A DNA stretch of 64,000 nucleotides from an uncultured Nitrososphaerota archaeon (lineage in GTDB: Archaea > Thermoproteota > Nitrososphaeria > Nitrososphaerales > Nitrosopumilaceae), in assembly GCA_963824385.1 (NCBI GenBank), contig CAWGPD010000002.1:224001-288000 (forward strand). The letters are read 5' to 3'. This document shows, one piece after another, positions 63,645-64,000 of the stretch. Below the pieces are notes generated by a model, which searched no databases, was not told the DNA's origin, and saw nothing but the letters and a program-made list of their open reading frames with translations. The stretch's first letter is position 1. Each line of letters opens with the position of its first letter. A program made the translations under genes and the position numbers.

Positions 63645-64000
63645 ATGAAACAAAGTAGATCAGTGGTAATTACTGGCGCAAATGGCTTTGTGGGAAGAAA
63701 TGTAGGCAAGTTTCTTTCAAAAGATGGATTTGATGTTATAGGTCTGGTACGCAAAGGAAATGAAAAGTCAATAAACTTTGCAAGAGTAATATCGTCTGAG
63801 ACATTATCTGAAAATTATCTTGTATCAAAAATAAAAGGTTGCAGTGCATTATTGCATTTTATAGGTCAAGGAAGACAAACTGTAGATTCAGATTATGAAA
63901 AGGTAAATGTCTCTCTTACAAAAAATGTCATTAAACTATGTAAAAAAGCAAGGATAAAAAAAATAATTTACATTAGCGGTCTTGGAGTTGATAAATCCTC
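63645..64000 (+). CDS. NAD-dependent epimerase/dehydratase (SDR), 3'-truncated by the window edge
   Basis: MKQSRSVVITGANGFVGRN Rossmann motif; open to the window end. Confidence 0.85.
   Translation, partial: MKQSRSVVITGANGFVGRNVGKFLSKDGFDVIGLVRKGNEKSINFARVISSETLSENYLVSKIKGCSALLHFIGQGRQTVDSDYEKVNVSLTKNVIKLCKKARIKKIIYISGLGVDKS

Overview
AT-rich archaeal DNA. The gene content points to an ammonia-oxidising archaeon (Nitrososphaerota, most like Nitrosotalea/Nitrosopumilales); this is inferred from CdvB/ESCRT-III, aIF2 subunits, PriS/PriL, AglB, the anaerobic cobalamin pathway and family-5 UDG. Core housekeeping genes occupy about 1-9.2 kb and 39.7-64 kb. Between them lies a ~30 kb cell-surface island. 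Its centrepiece is one ~19.95 kb gene (19749-39698; ~6,650 aa after correcting 8 single-base indels whose frame arithmetic is fully consistent). That protein has a membrane-anchored N-terminus, LamG, MG2-like and Asp-box propeller domains, roughly 205-210 tandem 20-aa (60-bp) repeats (consensus SLSDxIPLSDQLT) organised into 180-bp and 420-bp higher-order blocks, and a C-terminal domain region. Upstream lie two paralogous small exported proteins with a phage-fibre-subunit-like motif set, a TPR protein whose C-terminus looks like a third copy of that domain, a GT-C-like membrane protein and a pentapeptide/HYR surface protein. Four of these genes have a TCC-N5-GG(A/T) palindrome upstream. My main hypothesis is a co-regulated surface filament in which the giant repeat protein is a scaffold or ruler for the small subunits. 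Other notable points: AglB fused to a cyclophilin, a MurI-like racemase with Ser at both catalytic Cys positions, and more than 20 single-base indels, some in essential genes, that are most likely consensus errors rather than real pseudogenes. No database searches were run; family calls rest on recognised motifs.
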